DNA of 64,000 nt from Paraspadella gotoi (lineage: Eukaryota > Animalia > Chaetognatha), in assembly GCA_051294375.1 (NCBI GenBank), contig CM119265.1, forward strand, positions 4,873,951 through 4,937,950. The letters are read 5' to 3'. This document shows positions 1-14,072 of the stretch, piece by piece. Below the pieces are notes generated by a model. It did not search any database. It was not told where the DNA came from and saw only the letters and a program-made list of their open reading frames with translations. Numbering within the stretch: position 1 is the stretch's first letter; each line of letters opens with the position of its first letter. Made by a program: the position numbers and the translations under genes.

Positions 1-1195
1 TTTTTTTTTTTTAAACTTATTGCTGTAACGTTGTTTCCATTTCCAGGCGCTTTCTCTAATGCCTTTTGCCTCGCTCCTTATTTCTTTTTTCAAGGTTTTG
101 CACGTGTACATCTTTGCCCCAAAAACCTTTACTCTTTTTTCGGAGTGGGTAGCGTTTTCCCGGTACAACCGCCGCGGAGAAAAAAAAGAGGAAAAAGAAA
201 TAAAAGAAATTGAAAAGAAGAAATAGGAAAAGAAAAAAAAATGTGAAAGTTTTTCTATTTTTGACTTTAAAGACCCCTGGCGCTTATATCTCGCCGCTGA
301 GCGCCTAGCGCGTTGCNNNNNNNNNNNNNNNNNNNNNNNNNNNNNNNNNNNNNNNNNNNNNNNNNNNNNNNNNNNNNNNNNNNNNNNNNNNNNNNNNNNN
401 NNNNNNNNNNNNNNNNNNNNNNNNNNNNNNNNNNNNNNNNNNNNNNNNNNNNNNNNNNNNNNNNNNNNNNNNNNNNNNNNNNNNNNNNNNNNNNNNNNNN
501 NNNNNNNNNNNNNNNNNNNNNNNNNNNNNNNNNNNNNNNNNNNNNNAGACGTTGTTTATGAGGATTACGTAATACCCGTCGACCTCTTCAATGTCCTCGT
601 ATTTCGTATTTTTTTCATTTTTAGGTTAAATCTAAGATTTTATTTAAGTTCTCATTTTTTTTTCAAATAGTACAAACTTCTGCTTCACTTGCAATTTTAT
701 TGTCCCTTTTTATCGAAACCCTAATTCGTTTCGCTCATTCCGTCCGTCCGTCCGTCCCTCCCTACGTCCGTCCGTGTTTTGTTTGTTTTTTGATCAAGTT
801 GTTTTTCGTCCAGACTCAGCGCCGCCAATTAACGTCTCACGTTTTGACGAGCGTCTCCCGTCGTAATCATAAAAATTCCCCGCGGCGTTACGGCCGTCGA
901 AGCGGAAAAAAAAAAAGATTATTAGGAAGTGAGGCGATTTAACTTCGGAGACAATTTTTTTGAGGGATTTTACGTTTTTTACTCAATTTTGACAAGGCTC
1001 CGGTTAAAGACGCCTCTTCTCGCCTTTTCCGATTAAAAAAAAAAAGAAGAAAAAGGAAAAAGGAAAATGATAACAAGAGGATCTCTCGATAATGAGAAAT
1101 GACGAGCGACGCTTGAAAAACGTAATTGGTCTCGGAGATCCGTCGGTCCGGACACTCTCACACGGAGCGACGGCTTCGCGGCGAGCTTCAAAGGA

Positions 1196-4100
1196 ATAGA
1201 AAAGAAAAAGAGAGAAGAAGAGAAGAGAAGAAAGAAAGGAGAAGAAAGAGAAGGAAGAAAAAAGTAAGAGAAAAAAGAGAAAAGAAAAGAGAGAGTCAAA
1301 GTAAGGAAGAAGAAAGAAGAAGAAAAGAGGAAAGAGAAGAAAGAAAGAAGAAGAGGAGAGAGAAGAAGAAAAGAGAGAAAGAGAGAGAGAGTGAGAAAGA
1401 AGAGAAAAGAGGAAAACAATAGCAGAGACAGAGAGAAAGAGAGAGAGAGAAGAGAGAAAATCGAGACAAGGAAAAGAAAGAGAGAAGAGGGAGAGAAAGA
1501 GACGACAGAAAGAGATTAGAGAAGAGAAGTACGCAGCGAAGCTAGAGAAGCGAGAGAGAGAGAAAGAAAAGAAAAGACGGACATGGAAAGAAGAGAGGAA
1601 GGAAATAAGAGTGAGCAGCAGAAGAGAAGAAAGAGAAAGAAAAAGAGAAGAAGAAGAAAGATGCAGACGACGGTAAGAAGAGAGGAGCATAAGAAGCAAA
1701 GAAGAGAATAAGAGAGAGGAAGAGAGGAGAAGAAAGAAGCAGAGCAAGAGAGAAAAGAGACGAAAAAAGAAGTCAAAGAGACAGTAGAGAAAAGGAAGAG
1801 AGAGACGAAAGGAGAGAAGCAGAGAGAGAAGACGAAGAAGAAGAAGAAAGAAGAACGAGAGAGGAGAGAGAAGAGAGGAGAAGAAAGAGCGAAAAGCAAG
1901 AGAAAGAGAAAGAGGAGAAAGAGATGAGGACAATAAGAGAGAGAGAGGAGAAGAGAAGAAAAGGATAAAAGAGAGAAAGAGAAAGGAGAGAGAAGAGAGA
2001 AGAGGAAGAAGAAGAAAGAAAGAGAGAGAGAAGAGAAGAGAGAGAGAAGGAGAGGAAGGAAGAGAAGAAAGCGAAGAGAAAAAGGGAGAGCAAGAGAGAA
2101 GAAGAAAGAGAAAAAGAAGGAGAGAGAGAAAATGAAGAGAGAGAGAAGAGAGAGAGAGACGAGCAGCACACTGCGCGAGAAGAAGAGAGAAAAAAGGAGG
2201 AGAAGAGAGAGAGAAAAAGAGCAAACAACAAGCAGGACGGGATGCAAGAGAGAGAGAGGACGAGAAGGGAGAAAGAAGAGAGAAACGAAAGAAATACGTA
2301 ATAGCAGGAGAACAGAAAGAGAGAGGGAGAGAGAGAAGAGAGGAGAAGAGGAAAATAAATAAGAGAGAGAAGAGAGGAGAAGAAGAGAGACAGATGAGAG
2401 AGAGAGTCTTGAGGAGAAGAGAGGAGGAGAGAAGAGAAAGAGAAGGAGAAAGAAGAACGGAAGAAGAGACTGTGCCGGCGGAGAGAGAGAGAGGAAGAAA
2501 GCAGGGAGAAAGAGTAGAAGGAAGAGGGAGTAGCAATGAGAGAACGAGAAGGAGAAAAAGAGCCGAGCGCGAGGAGAAAAGAGAGAAAAGAGAGAAGGTG
2601 CAGAGCACAGTTGAGAATAAAGAGAGAGAGCGAGAGTAGAAGGAAAGGTCAAGTTTTTGGAGAGTGAAGAAGACGAAAGAGATTAGAGCGAGAGGAGGTG
2701 AAGAGAGATATAAAAGGAGAGAAAGAGATAGATGAGAGAAGAAGGAAGGAAGGTACGGGAGGGAAATAGAATATCAGAAGAGAAAGAGGACCGAAGCAAA
2801 TTGAGAGGAGGAGATGAGGAAGAGGAGAGAGACTGGGGAGGATACGAGAGAAGAGACGAGAAAGAGGAGAGGTGAAGACAGGAGAGAGAGAGGAAGGAGG
2901 AGCACCGAGAGAAAGAGAGTGCTAGAGGAAAGAGGAAGAGGAAGAGGAAGGAACACAAGGAAGAGAGACCTGAGAGAGAGGAAGGAGTGAGATGTATGCG
3001 AGAGAAGAGGGAAGAGAAGGAGACGGCGAGACAGAAGCATAGAGAAGGGCGAGAAGAGAAGATCTCATCTACGAGGAAGAGGAGAGAGGTGAGGGAGACA
3101 GATAGAGGAAGCGGAAGAAGGGAAGAGATCGAGTGAGAAAGGGTACACGAGAGAAGAGAGACTGGTGAGAGAGAGACGAGCAGAGTGATAGGAACGAGAG
3201 GAAGAGGTAAAGAGAGAAGACGAGAGAGAACTACAATAGGATAGAAGGAAAAAGAGAAGAGAGAGGAGCAGAAAGTCGAGAAATAGAGTAGAGAGTGGAA
3301 CGAGAGAAGAGAGAGTACGGAGAGAGCAAAAGGAACGTGCGGTACGAGGAGCAAGATTAGAGCATAAGAAGAAGACAAGAGAGAAGGTAGAAGAGAAGAG
3401 AAGGAAGCAAGAAGAGGAGCAGAGAGAGTCGAGTATGATAAGAGAGAAGAGAGAGAAAGAGACAAAAGAAAGAGATGAAGATATTCTCGAGAAAGGAAGT
3501 AGCGAAAGCAGAAGGAGAGCAGACGTACGAAGAAGAGGAGAGAAGAAAAAGTGAGAGAGAGACAGAGAAAGAGAGGAAGTAGTGCAAGAGGGAGAAGCGT
3601 GAGAGCTGAGAGAGAAAGAGAAGAAGAATAAAGCAGACAAGAAAAAGAGGGAAGATAGAAGGGATCGAAACAAAAGGAGAGAAGAAGTAAGAGAAGGCGG
3701 GGCAAGAAAAGAGAGAGAAGACTGAAGAACAGGAAGAAAAAGAAGTGGAAGGAGAGAACCGTCGAACAGAAGCGTAGAGAGAGACAGGAAAGAGAGTAGA
3801 GAGAAGGAGAGTAGCAGAGAGAGAGAAGAAGAAGAGAGAGACAAGAAAGGAAGGAGAAAGAGTCGAAGAAAAGAGAAACTAGAGACGGGAGAGAAGAGAG
3901 AGAGAGAGAGGAGAGAGAAGGACAAAGAGAAGAGAAGATGAAGAAGGAAGAAGAAGAGAGTAAAGAAAGAGAAGAGAAAGAGAGCCGAAGAGAGAGAGAA
4001 GAGAGAAAAGAGATAAGGGAGAAAAGAGAAGAGAAGAAGAAGAAGAGATAGAGTTGAAGAAGAAGAAAGACGAGAAAAAAAAAGAAGAAGAAGAAGAGAG

Positions 4101-7100
4101 AAGAGAGAGAGAGAAGAAACGACGAGAAGAGTAATAGAGAGAGAGAGAGTAGAAATAATAGAAAGAGAAGAAGAAAGAGAAAAAAGTAGTAGAGAGAGAG
4201 AGAGAGAGAAGAGGAAAGAAAGAGGGGAAGAAGAAGAGAGAAAAGAGAGAGATAGGAAGAAGAAGAGAAGACAAAGATAAGGTAGAGAGGAGGAGACAGA
4301 AGATGAAGGAGAGAAAGAGAGAGAGAATCCGAGAGAAGAGACAGAGAGAGAGAGAACGAGCACCCTGAGAGAAGAAGTAAAAGAGCTTAAAGAGAGAAAA
4401 GATGAGAAGAAAAAAAGAAGACAAGTGCCAAGCTGAGGATCTGACGATACCACTCGCGATCCGATGTCCCTAAAGCCGGGAATGAGTGAAGAAGAGAGGT
4501 CAGCCGCAAACAAGAGCCCATAAGGGAAGGCAGAGAAGCGAATCTGCACACACCAAGAGAATCAGTAAGATAGTAGCTCACGTATACTAAACTATTATAC
4601 CCGCTTAAGTGAGTATAATCAATAATCCGACAAGCACCAGAATTTAAAACGATCGCTATATACCTCAAAATGTACGAGAGAGGAGAGAAGCAGAAGGCAA
4701 CATAGCCAACACATCATTACTCTCAATCCGACGATAACAGACAACGTAAGACGAAGTCTCAGAGACACAGTTTACACTAAGAGGAAGAGAAGAGGAAAGA
4801 AGACGAAGAAGAAAAAGAAGAAGAAAAAATTGCAGACGAAGAGATCAAAGAGAGTGTAGAGAGAAGAGAGAGTGAGGGAGGCGAGAATAGACGAGAGAGG
4901 GACAAAGGAGGAAGAGAGTTGAAGAGAGAAAGAAACAAAAGAACATATTGAGAGAGTGAGGAAGACACAGAAAGACGATGAGGGAGGAACAAAAGAGGAA
5001 AGAGATGAAAGAAAGAAAGAGTTAAGAGAAGAGAGCACGAGAGAGGAGAAAAAGCAAGTAGAGGAAGAGAGAAGAAGAAGAGAAGCAGAGAGAGAAGGTA
5101 GTAGAGAGAGAGACTCGTGGACTAAGAGAGGAAGAGAGAGTAGAAGAACAAAAGAATAGAAGAAAGCTAAAGAGAAAGAAAGAGAGAGAGGAAAGAAAGA
5201 AGAGAGAGAAGAGAGGAAGAGAAGAGAGATGATAAATACAAAGAGAGAAAAGAAGAGAGCTGAGAGAGATAGAGAGAAAAGAAGAGAGAGAAAATAGAGG
5301 ACGTGAGAAGAGGAAGGAGATAAAAGACAAGAAGTAACAGAGGAAAGAAGAGGGAAGAATGGAGAGAGAAGAAAGAGACGAGGGAGAGAAGATAAATAGA
5401 GGAGCGAGAGAGAAGGAGAAAGAAGAGCGAGAAAAAGAGAGAAAGAGAAGAGAAACAAGAAAGAAAAATAGTGCAGAGAGAGAGAAGATCAGAAGAGGAA
5501 TAGACAAGTGAGGAGAGAGAGAAGAAGAAAGCGGGGGGTGGAAGAGAAGGGAGGACTAAAAGAAAGAATAGAATCAAACAGAAGAGAGAGAAAGTGAGAA
5601 GAGGGAGTGAGTAAGCAAGTACAAGAGAGGAGAGCTCCGATAAGACGAAAAGCAGAAAGAGAGAGATGAAGAGAGAGAGAGAAGAGAGAAGCAGGAGAGA
5701 GTAGTAGAAAGACTAGAGAAAGAGAAAGAAAGAGAGGAGAGTAAGAGAGAGAAAGAGCCTAGAGAGTAGTAGAAGAGTAAGGCAGAGAGAGATAGAGACG
5801 GAAGCAATGGAGATGAGAGACATAAGAGAAGAAGAGAGATAATGAAGAGAGAGAGATGAGCCGATAGCCTGAAGAAAGATGAAAAAAGCAGGGAAGAGGA
5901 CGTAGAGACAAAATATGAGAAGAGAAGGAGAAGAGAAGAGTAGAAGAGAAGAGAGTAGAAGAGAGAGAAGAGAACGAAAGAAGAGAAGAAACTACGAGGA
6001 GATAGGCAAGAGAGAGAACAAAGAACAGAAGAAGAAGAGAAAGAACACAGAGAAGAGAGAAGAGAGAAGTAAGAAGAAAGAAGAGGCTCGATAGAGAAAG
6101 AAGGACCAGAATTCGAGGAAGAGAAGAGAAGATTACGAGAGAGAGAGAGAAAGAGGCAGAAAGGAGGAAAGCAGAGGACGAAGAGAAGAAGGAGAGAGGA
6201 GCGAGAAAGGCGTAGAGAGTCGAAAGAAAGATGAGAGAAGTCTAAGGAACGAGAAAACGAGAGAGAGGAAGATGAAGAAGAGAAGTAGAAACGAGAGTAA
6301 GAGCAGACAGGAGATAAGAGCCAATTGATAGAGGGAGCGATAAAGAAAGCAAGCGTGAGAAGAGAAAGAAGGAAGAAGAGAGAGAAGGCATAAGAGAAGA
6401 AAGAAGAGAGCGAGTGACAAGTAAGAAGCACGAAAAGAAGGAAAAACGAGTGAGACAGAGAGCATACCGAGACGAGAGAAGTGAGAAGAGAGAGGAGAGA
6501 GAGAGAAGAGAAGCAAAGAAGAGGAGAAAGGAGAGAAGAAGAGAGAGAAAGAGATGGAGAGAGAAGCAAGAAAGAGTAAGAAAGAAGGCGACAAAAGACA
6601 AGAGCCAGAAGAGAAGAAAAAGAAAGAAGAAAGAGCAAGTAAGAAAGAAGAGAGAAAAGAAAGAGCAGCGGAAGAGTCAGAGAGCACGCGAAATGAAAGA
6701 GAAAGAGAGACGGGATACTAGAAGAGAGGAAGAGAGCACTGTCGAAACGAGGAGAGGGGAGAAGAGAGAAAAGGAGACGCGAGTTGAGAGAGGGGACAGT
6801 AGAGAGCGAGAGGCGAAAAGGCAAACGATGAGAGAGAAAGAGAGCGAGGAGAGAGAAAGCTCGAAGAAGAGCTGCTGTGGAGGAGCTAGAGAGAGTGAAG
6901 GAAAGAGAGAAGACAGATGCAAGGCCTGAGTGGGTAGAAAGTAGAAATAGACATGAGGAGACGAAGGCGGAAGAAGAAGATGAAGAGCACGAGAGAAGAA
7001 AGAGAGAGTAGAGAGGGAGAAGACAGAGAAGAAGGAGAGAGAGAGAGAGGGAGTGAAATAGATCAGTCTCCTGAAGAGGGAGGAAGTGAAAGAGGTAGAG

Positions 7101-10100
7101 AACGCAGAGACAGGAGATGCAGGAGTAGAAGCAGATCAGAGAAGCAGAAGAGAAGAAGAAGAAGAGGAAGAGAGGAAGGAGGTCCGAGAAGAAAGCAGAG
7201 AGACAGGAGAAGAGGACATAGTGAGAGAGACGTGAAAAGAGGAAATCGAGATAAAAGAGAGAGAGAGAGGCTGGAAGCGAACTTGTGCGTAGAATCGATT
7301 GTAAGAGCCAAGTAGAATGAAAAAGAAGAGAAAAAGAAGAATAGAGGAAGCACCGAGAAAAGGCTGAGGTGAGGAAAGAGGAAAAAAAGGAGGTGAAGGC
7401 CCGAAGGAGAAGAAGGAGAAGAGGCCAGAGAGAAGAGAAGAAGAGCAGAGAAGAGAACAGAGAGACGAGAGAGAGAGAAAGAATCGAGAGAACGGAGAGT
7501 CCGAAGTAGAGAGCAGAGGAGACAGAGGAAGAAGAAGAAGAGAGAAGAGAGAGAGGAGCAAAGCAAAGAAGAGTAAGAAAGATGTGAAAAGCAAGAGAGA
7601 GAGAGAGACAGTACGAGATAGAAGAAGAGATGAGATGAGAGGTGTGAAAGAGAGAACGAGAACGAGAAGAGAGCACTGGGAGATGAGACGAAGAGAGACT
7701 AAGAGCAGAGAAGAATAGAGAGAGAAAAGGAAAAGAGATATCGAGTAATGCAGAGAGAGAAGAAGAAGAGAGAGGTGAGAGGATAGCACGAGAGAGACGA
7801 GAGGAGGAACGAGAATAGAGCAAAGAGAGAAGAGAAGAAAGCAGAAGTAGGGGAAACAGAGCAAGAGAGAAAGACGAGAGAAGAGAATAGGCGAGAGAAC
7901 GAGAGAGACAGAGGCAGAGAGTGAGTGCTTATTCAGAAGAACAGAAGAGATCCGGAGGAGAAAGAAGAACGAGAGAGAAGAGAGTAGAAGAGAGAGGGGG
8001 AGAGAAGCCGAGAAGAGGAAAGAGCAAGAGAAGAGGAAACGAAGAGATCGCGGAGAGAAAAAATAGAGGAAGAAATGTGAAAAGAAAGATAAGAAAGGAA
8101 GACGAAGAAGAGGAAAGAGAGAGAAAAAAGAGAGAGAGAAGGAAGGCTCAGATCGAGAGAAGAGAGCAAGAGCGAAGAGAAAATGAAAGAACGAAAAAAA
8201 GAAGAAGCAAGCAGAGGAAGTAAGAAGAGAGAGCAAGAAGAAGAAAGAGGAGAGAGAGAGAGGGGAGTCATCTCGAAGAGAGGAGAGAGAGAGGAAGAGA
8301 GAGAGGGCCAGCGCTGAAGAGGGCCAATCGGGAGGTGGCGAGAAACAATGGTAGAGAGAAAGAACGAGAATGTGATACAGAAGACAGGAGAGAGATTGGA
8401 GAAGCCGAAGAAGCAAGAGTGTGAAGGAAGAAATGAGAAGGAGCAGAAGAGATAAGGTATAAAATTTGAGAAGTTGGAGAGTACGAGAAAAGTGAAAGAA
8501 GAAGTTGAGAGAAAGAAGGCATCTCCGGGCGAGAGAGAGAACAAAACTGAAGAGATCGAGAGAAACGAGAGGAAGGAGGAAGAGGAGAAGGAGGGTAAAA
8601 GAGCGAGTCTGAGCAAGAGGGCGAACCCGCTAGAGAGCTAAGCAGAGAGCGAAAGAGAGCGTCGCGAGGAGAGATGCTGAGAAGAGTTAATGAGAGCGAA
8701 CCGAGAGAAGTCTGAAATCCGAGAGGTCCGATGAGAGCCACTGAGAAGAAGTATCAAGCAATGCAGAAGAGATGGCAGATCGAGAAGAACTAGAGAATCG
8801 AAAGAGAAAATGACACTGATTTAGCGTTATGTCTTAGAGAGGAGAAGTAGAGTTCAGTTGGTGACGAGGAGAGAGAGAGATTATGTATATGGAGTGAGCA
8901 GCAGGACGAGAGAGGAAAGAAAAGAAAGAGAGACTTAGAGATAGGAAATACGGAGAGAGAGAGGAAGAGAGAGAAAGAGATATAGTGGGAAATTCGAGGA
9001 AAGTGGAAGACAGGAGGTAGAGAGGAGGATAGAGGGCGGGAGAGAACGTCATTAGAAGAGTCTCTAAATTTTTATATGAGAGAGCGAAGAGTCTAACTCA
9101 TGATCCCCTCGTTTTTGAGAGGTCGGAGAAGAGACTGGCACATTGCGGCCGGTGAGTGTCGAGTATGAACGTATGGTAGAGAGAGAAGAGCGGCTATAAT
9201 TGAAGGTGAAACGGAGATAGGAGAGAGAGAAGCCGAGAGAGAGACAGCTGAGAGGGAGGTGGTGGTGAGAAGAAGACGTGAGAGAAGGATGGCTGGAGAG
9301 AGAGGCAAGAGACAGAGAGAGAGAATCTGAGATAGGGAGGACCGAGAGTTTAGTGAAAAGGATAATATCCGAAGTGAAGAGAAGAGAGGCGAAGAGAGAG
9401 AGAAGACATAGGAGAGAGAGATGAGTAGCGAAGAGAGAGGGAAGAGCAGAGAGAGAGAAGAAGAGTTAGAGAGAGCTAAGAGAAGAGAGAAGAATGAAGA
9501 AAAGGAGAGAAGAGAATAGAAGCGAAGAAGAAGACGAAAGAGAAGGTGATCTTTGAGTAGAGACCAAACTCGCTGATGTTTGGGTATTCGAGCTCTCTGA
9601 AAGTGAGAGAGAAAATGACAAACAAAAATAGTAGATGCAGAAGAGAGAGAAGAGACAGACAGAGAGAAGAGGAGAGCGAGGGGGACGCCCTGTGAGGAGA
9701 AAAGAACAATAGAAGGAAGAGGGAAGGGCAGAGACGAGAGAAGGAGAAGGAAAGAGAGAGAGCTGAAGAAGACCAGAGAAGCAAATGAGGGATGAGACAC
9801 GGAGAGCAGAAAAGAGAGAAGGAGAAGGTGAGGACAGGACAGAAGAGGAGAGGAGAAAAAGAGAGAGGTCGAGTAAGTGAAAGAAGAGGAGAAGAAGAAA
9901 AGAAAGAAGGGACGGGGAGAGAAGGCAGGAAAAAGGAATAAGGAAGAAAGCATAAGCTGAAGAGAAAGAAAGCGGAGCGTTGAGAGGAAAAAGGAGAGGA
10001 AGAGGAGGGCGACAGAAGAGAGAGAGGAGGAGAGCAGAAAAGGAAGGGAGTAGACGAGAAACGAAAGATAAAGAAACGCCTGAGAGAGATGAGGAGAGGA

Positions 10101-10700
10101 GAGGAGCAGAAGAAGAAGGAGGAAGGAAGCGAAGAGAAAGAGAAAAGGGGAAAACAAAGATGAGAGGAGAGAAAGGTCGAGAGAGAAAGCGAACAGGGAG
10201 AAAGTAGGAAGCGCGAGAGGGGACCGAAAAGGAGGAGTGAAGAAGCAGGAGAAGGAGTACACGAAGGAGATAAGAGGATGCAGAAAGACAGAACGAAAGC
10301 AAGGAAGAGAAGGAGACCCCGAGGAGAGGAGGAGAAAAGAGGAGAGAGGAGAAGGGAGAGACAAACGAGAAGAGAGCAAAGTTTGGAGAAGAAGAAAAGA
10401 GGAGTAAGGAAAAAAGAAGAAAGAGAGAAAGAAGGAAAGAAAAAAAGAAAGCAGAAAGAGCAGAAAAAGAAAGAAGAAAGAAAAAGGACAAAGAGCAAAA
10501 GGCAAGCAGGCCAAAGAAAGAAAGCAAAGAAAAAAAAAAGAAAACAAAAAAGAGGAAAAAAAAAGAAGAAAAAAAAAAGAAAGAAAAGCAAAAGAAGAAA
10601 AGCAAAGAAAAAGAAAAAGAAAGACAAAGAAAGCAAAGAAAGAAAGAGAAGAAAGAGAAAAGCAAAGAAGAAAGAAAAAAAAATGCTAATTTTAAAAAAA
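1196..10700 (+). repeat. ~9.5 kb degenerate polypurine (GA/GAA/AAG) low-complexity tract
   Basis: The plus strand is almost all A and G, with no stable unit longer than 2-3 bp and scattered single C/T. It ends just before a 25-N gap (10789-10813). All long Ser/Leu/Phe and Arg/Glu/Lys ORFs here follow from this composition. Confidence 0.9.
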
Positions 10701-12216
10701 ATTAAAAAGGAGAAAATAACTGGGAATTTACAAATTTTAAAAAAAAAAAAGCCCACAAAAAAAAACTATAAAAGCGGCCCCTTTTCCTNNNNNNNNNNNN
10801 NNNNNNNNNNNNNGAGAATGCGAATATCCGGAAGAGGATGGAGGGGGGGGGTGTTGGGGGTTAAGATTGAAGGGGGGAGGTGGGGAGTTCAGGGGAAATT
10901 GGAGTTGGGGGGCGAGAGTGTTAGATTCGCGGACGGAAATTTAGCGGGTGGCATTCAATGAGAGAGAGGCGCCGAGAAAGCATGTAGGGGATTTTCGCCC
11001 AAGAGGATTCTTCTCTCTCTCTCTCTCCTCTCTTCTCTCTCTCTCTTCTCTCTCTCTCTCTCTCTCTTCCCTCACAGGCTGATACGATTTCGAGGTTTTC
11101 TTGGGTACCACTCTCCGGAGGATACGAGCGATTAGCGAGATCTTGAGCCTTTAATGGAAAATTGGAAATATTCGATCACGAGAGAGAGAGAGAGAGAGCA
11201 GGTAGGTCAGCAGAGACGAGAGAGAGAGGGAAAGTAGGGAGGAGGACGAAGATGCCGGGCGGAGACGGGAGTGATGGAGGTCGAAGAGGAGAGAGAAGAG
11301 AGAGAGAGAGAGAGGGAGAGGAGAGGGGAGAACGGAAGAGGGGGGATGAGACGATGAGAGAGAGAGAGAGCAGGGGGGAAGACTGGAATAAAATTAGGTC
11401 AAATCCTGACATTTCCACGATTTTCTTCTTCTGGCCGAAGAGAAAAAGTGAAATGTTAGAATGCGACCCGTGTTTTCGGTCGGCATCAAACGAGGAAGAT
11501 TGAGGGCAGAAACAGAAAAACTTTGAAAGAGGAAGTGAGAGAAAGAGCAGATATAGAAAGTAGAGTGTTAGAGGGGGGGCAGGATGGAAGATTAAGAGAA
11601 TTTAAAAGAGAGAGATGGTTGAGAGAGCGAAGAGAGCATAAGAGAGGAACACGGTACATTTGGAGGATCGTATGCGTTTCGTAATTTTTCCGCCCGATTC
11701 GACAATGGAATCAAAATGGAAGGAAAACAGTGGGAAATATTGATCTTGATTTGAACTTTAGGTTGGTTCCATTCCCTGACCGCGCGTGGCTCAGGGGTCT
11801 TGGTTTTTTGTTACTCCCGATTTTTTTTTTTTTTTTTAGTTGATAGAGGAGAAGTCTTGTTTTTTTTCGCTTCTATGGCAGGGGTGAGTTCTCGCCAGTT
11901 GCCGGAGTACGAAAACAAGCGTAAAAAAAAACAAAACGGAAAGAAAAGTTCGGCGCGGGGATATTTCTAAACGTCCGTGCTGTTGGGGGAAAACGAGGAC
12001 GGGGAGCTTCTGACATCCGCAAACCAATTTTTTCAAAAAAAACTCTTGTCAAAAAATGAAAATAGTGCTCGAGTTTCATTTTAGATAGGGTCCGTGTCCA
12101 ATCTCTCCCCGATGTTTTTCATCTCTCTCTCCCTCTCTCTCTCTCTCTCATCTCCTCTCCTCACTCTTCTCTTCTCTCATGCTCTCTCTTCTCTCTTCTG
12201 CTCTCTCCCTCGATTG

Positions 12217-12244
12217 ATTGGTCGAATTTTCCGCTGATTGGCTG
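12217..12244 (-). promoter_or_regulatory. Two CCAAT boxes (ATTGG on + strand) 20 bp apart; candidate NF-Y promoter element
   Basis: ATTGG at 12217-12221 and 12237-12241; the second lies in a full CTGATTGGCT context. A CpG-rich stretch follows (12330-12410). No linked gene identified. Confidence 0.3.
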
Positions 12245-13801
12245 ACATCCCGGAATCCCGAATTAAGTTGCCTCTCGGCCAAATTCGTTCGGCCCTAATT
12301 TCCCTTCACCAGTTTCGCCTTCTTGGCCAAAGGGGGCGCGGCCTTCATATGCGCGAGACGCTAACGCGCAAGCGCGGTCTTTTTGTGCGTGCGAATGTAC
12401 GTGCGTGTTAAACTTTGATGAGAGAAAGAGAGTTGGCGAGTGTGAAAGGGTTAATTAATTATCGTCTCGACTTCCATATCGCTTCCTATCCCTCCCTCCC
12501 TTTTGACTTGAGCCAGCTGCCTCCGCCCCCCCGTTCATAACCCGATCGATTTCGTTGTTGTTGTTGTTACCGTTGTTGTCCCTCCACCGTCGTCTCCCCC
12601 TTAGTCGTCGCTCTCAGTCATCTCCGCCCCCTGACCTAGAAAATCGGAATCGTCTCCTTTTCAGACGACTCTCTCGGGTTACGCTCCTTTGTTTCCCTTC
12701 TCTTTTCTTCTCTCTTAATCGTTTCCTTACTCTTTCCCTCCCTTCTCTTTTGACTCCACTTGTATTTTCAGTCCTTTTTTGATCTCTCTCTCTCTCTCTC
12801 TCTCTCTCTNNNNNNNNNNNNNNNNNNNNNNNNNNNNNNNNNNNNNNNNNNNNNNNNNNNNNNNNNNNNNNNNNNNNNNNNNNNNNNNNNNNNNNNNNNN
12901 NNNNNNNNNNNNNNNNNNNNNNNNNNNNNNNNNNNNCTCTCTCTCTCTCTGCGTTCATTACCTGAACTTTTTTCTGTTATAAATTCGCTATTCAAATTTT
13001 ATCGACATCAAACTATTTTTTCTCTCGTTTCAATTATCGACGACACATCGATTTTCTTTCCTGCTTTTCCGCTTTCTTTATCGCTCTCTCTGTCTCTGTC
13101 GTTTAATCATCGGCACAGTGATCGATTAACTTTTTTTTCGCAGTCAAGAAACGAGANNNNNNNNNNNNNNNNNNNNNNNNNNNNNNNNNNNNNNNNNNNN
13201 NNNNNNNNNNNNNNNNNNNNNNNNNNNNNNNNNNNNNNNNNNNNNNNNNNNNNNNNNNNNNNNNNNNNNNNNNNNNNNNNNNNNNNNNNNNNNNNNNNNN
13301 NNNNNNNNNNNNNNNNNNNNNNNNNNNNNNNNNNNNNNNNNNNNNNNNNNNTCTGCGTCCGCGCTTTAATCGAAAAACCCAAACACTCAGGCGCGGTAAA
13401 CAAGTTCGCTCCGGTTGCCACGGAAACGTACCAACGGATCTGGAGACGCCGACGCGGTAAACACTTCTGTTTTGGTGTCAGGGTTTTTTGCCCTTCGGTC
13501 CGAAGTCAACAGTTGAGCTGAGAATCGAATCCGTTCGTACAAATGGACAAGGGGAGAAAATTAAGTTTCAACCTCGTGCTAATATCAAAATCCTAACAAC
13601 GTAATGATGCAAACTAAAGTGTCACTATTGCTTAAAGATAGCGGAAAGAATAAAAAAAACTGTAAATTATTTAAATATCTATTATCTAATTTTTCAAAAG
13701 AGTAAAAAAAGGGATACATTAAAAAAACTAAAACGTTGGTTTCGGCAGCGCGCGAAAAAAGATATTCAGCACTTACAATCTCAGCGATGATTTTACTCGT
13801 C

Positions 13802-14041
13802 CTGGGGAAACTTAGAAAAACCACGAATTCTTTGTGCCACCATCTTAAATCAGGAAAAATGGGGGGGAACAAGGCGGGGGAGAGGGAGATAAGAGGAGGC
13901 GGGAAGGAGAGGAGAGGAAATAGAAGAGAGGATTAGAGATAAAGAATGTTAATTGAAAACAAATTAATAAAAATATAAAGATTAAAGAAACCAAAAATGA
14001 AATAAAGAAACGAAGAAAGAAAGTAAAGAAAGGTTAAGATA

Positions 14042-14072
<31 letters not shown>

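Noticed and set aside
4420-4770. Mixed-base island within the purine tract as a possible exon or insertion
   Set aside because: No splice, TIR or domain signal and blurred edges; resembles a low-quality read stretch.
1004-10756. Long minus-strand ORFs (up to 749 aa) resembling membrane proteins
   Set aside because: Ser/Leu/Phe-dominated translations of a CT-rich strand that rarely forms stop codons; open in several frames at once.
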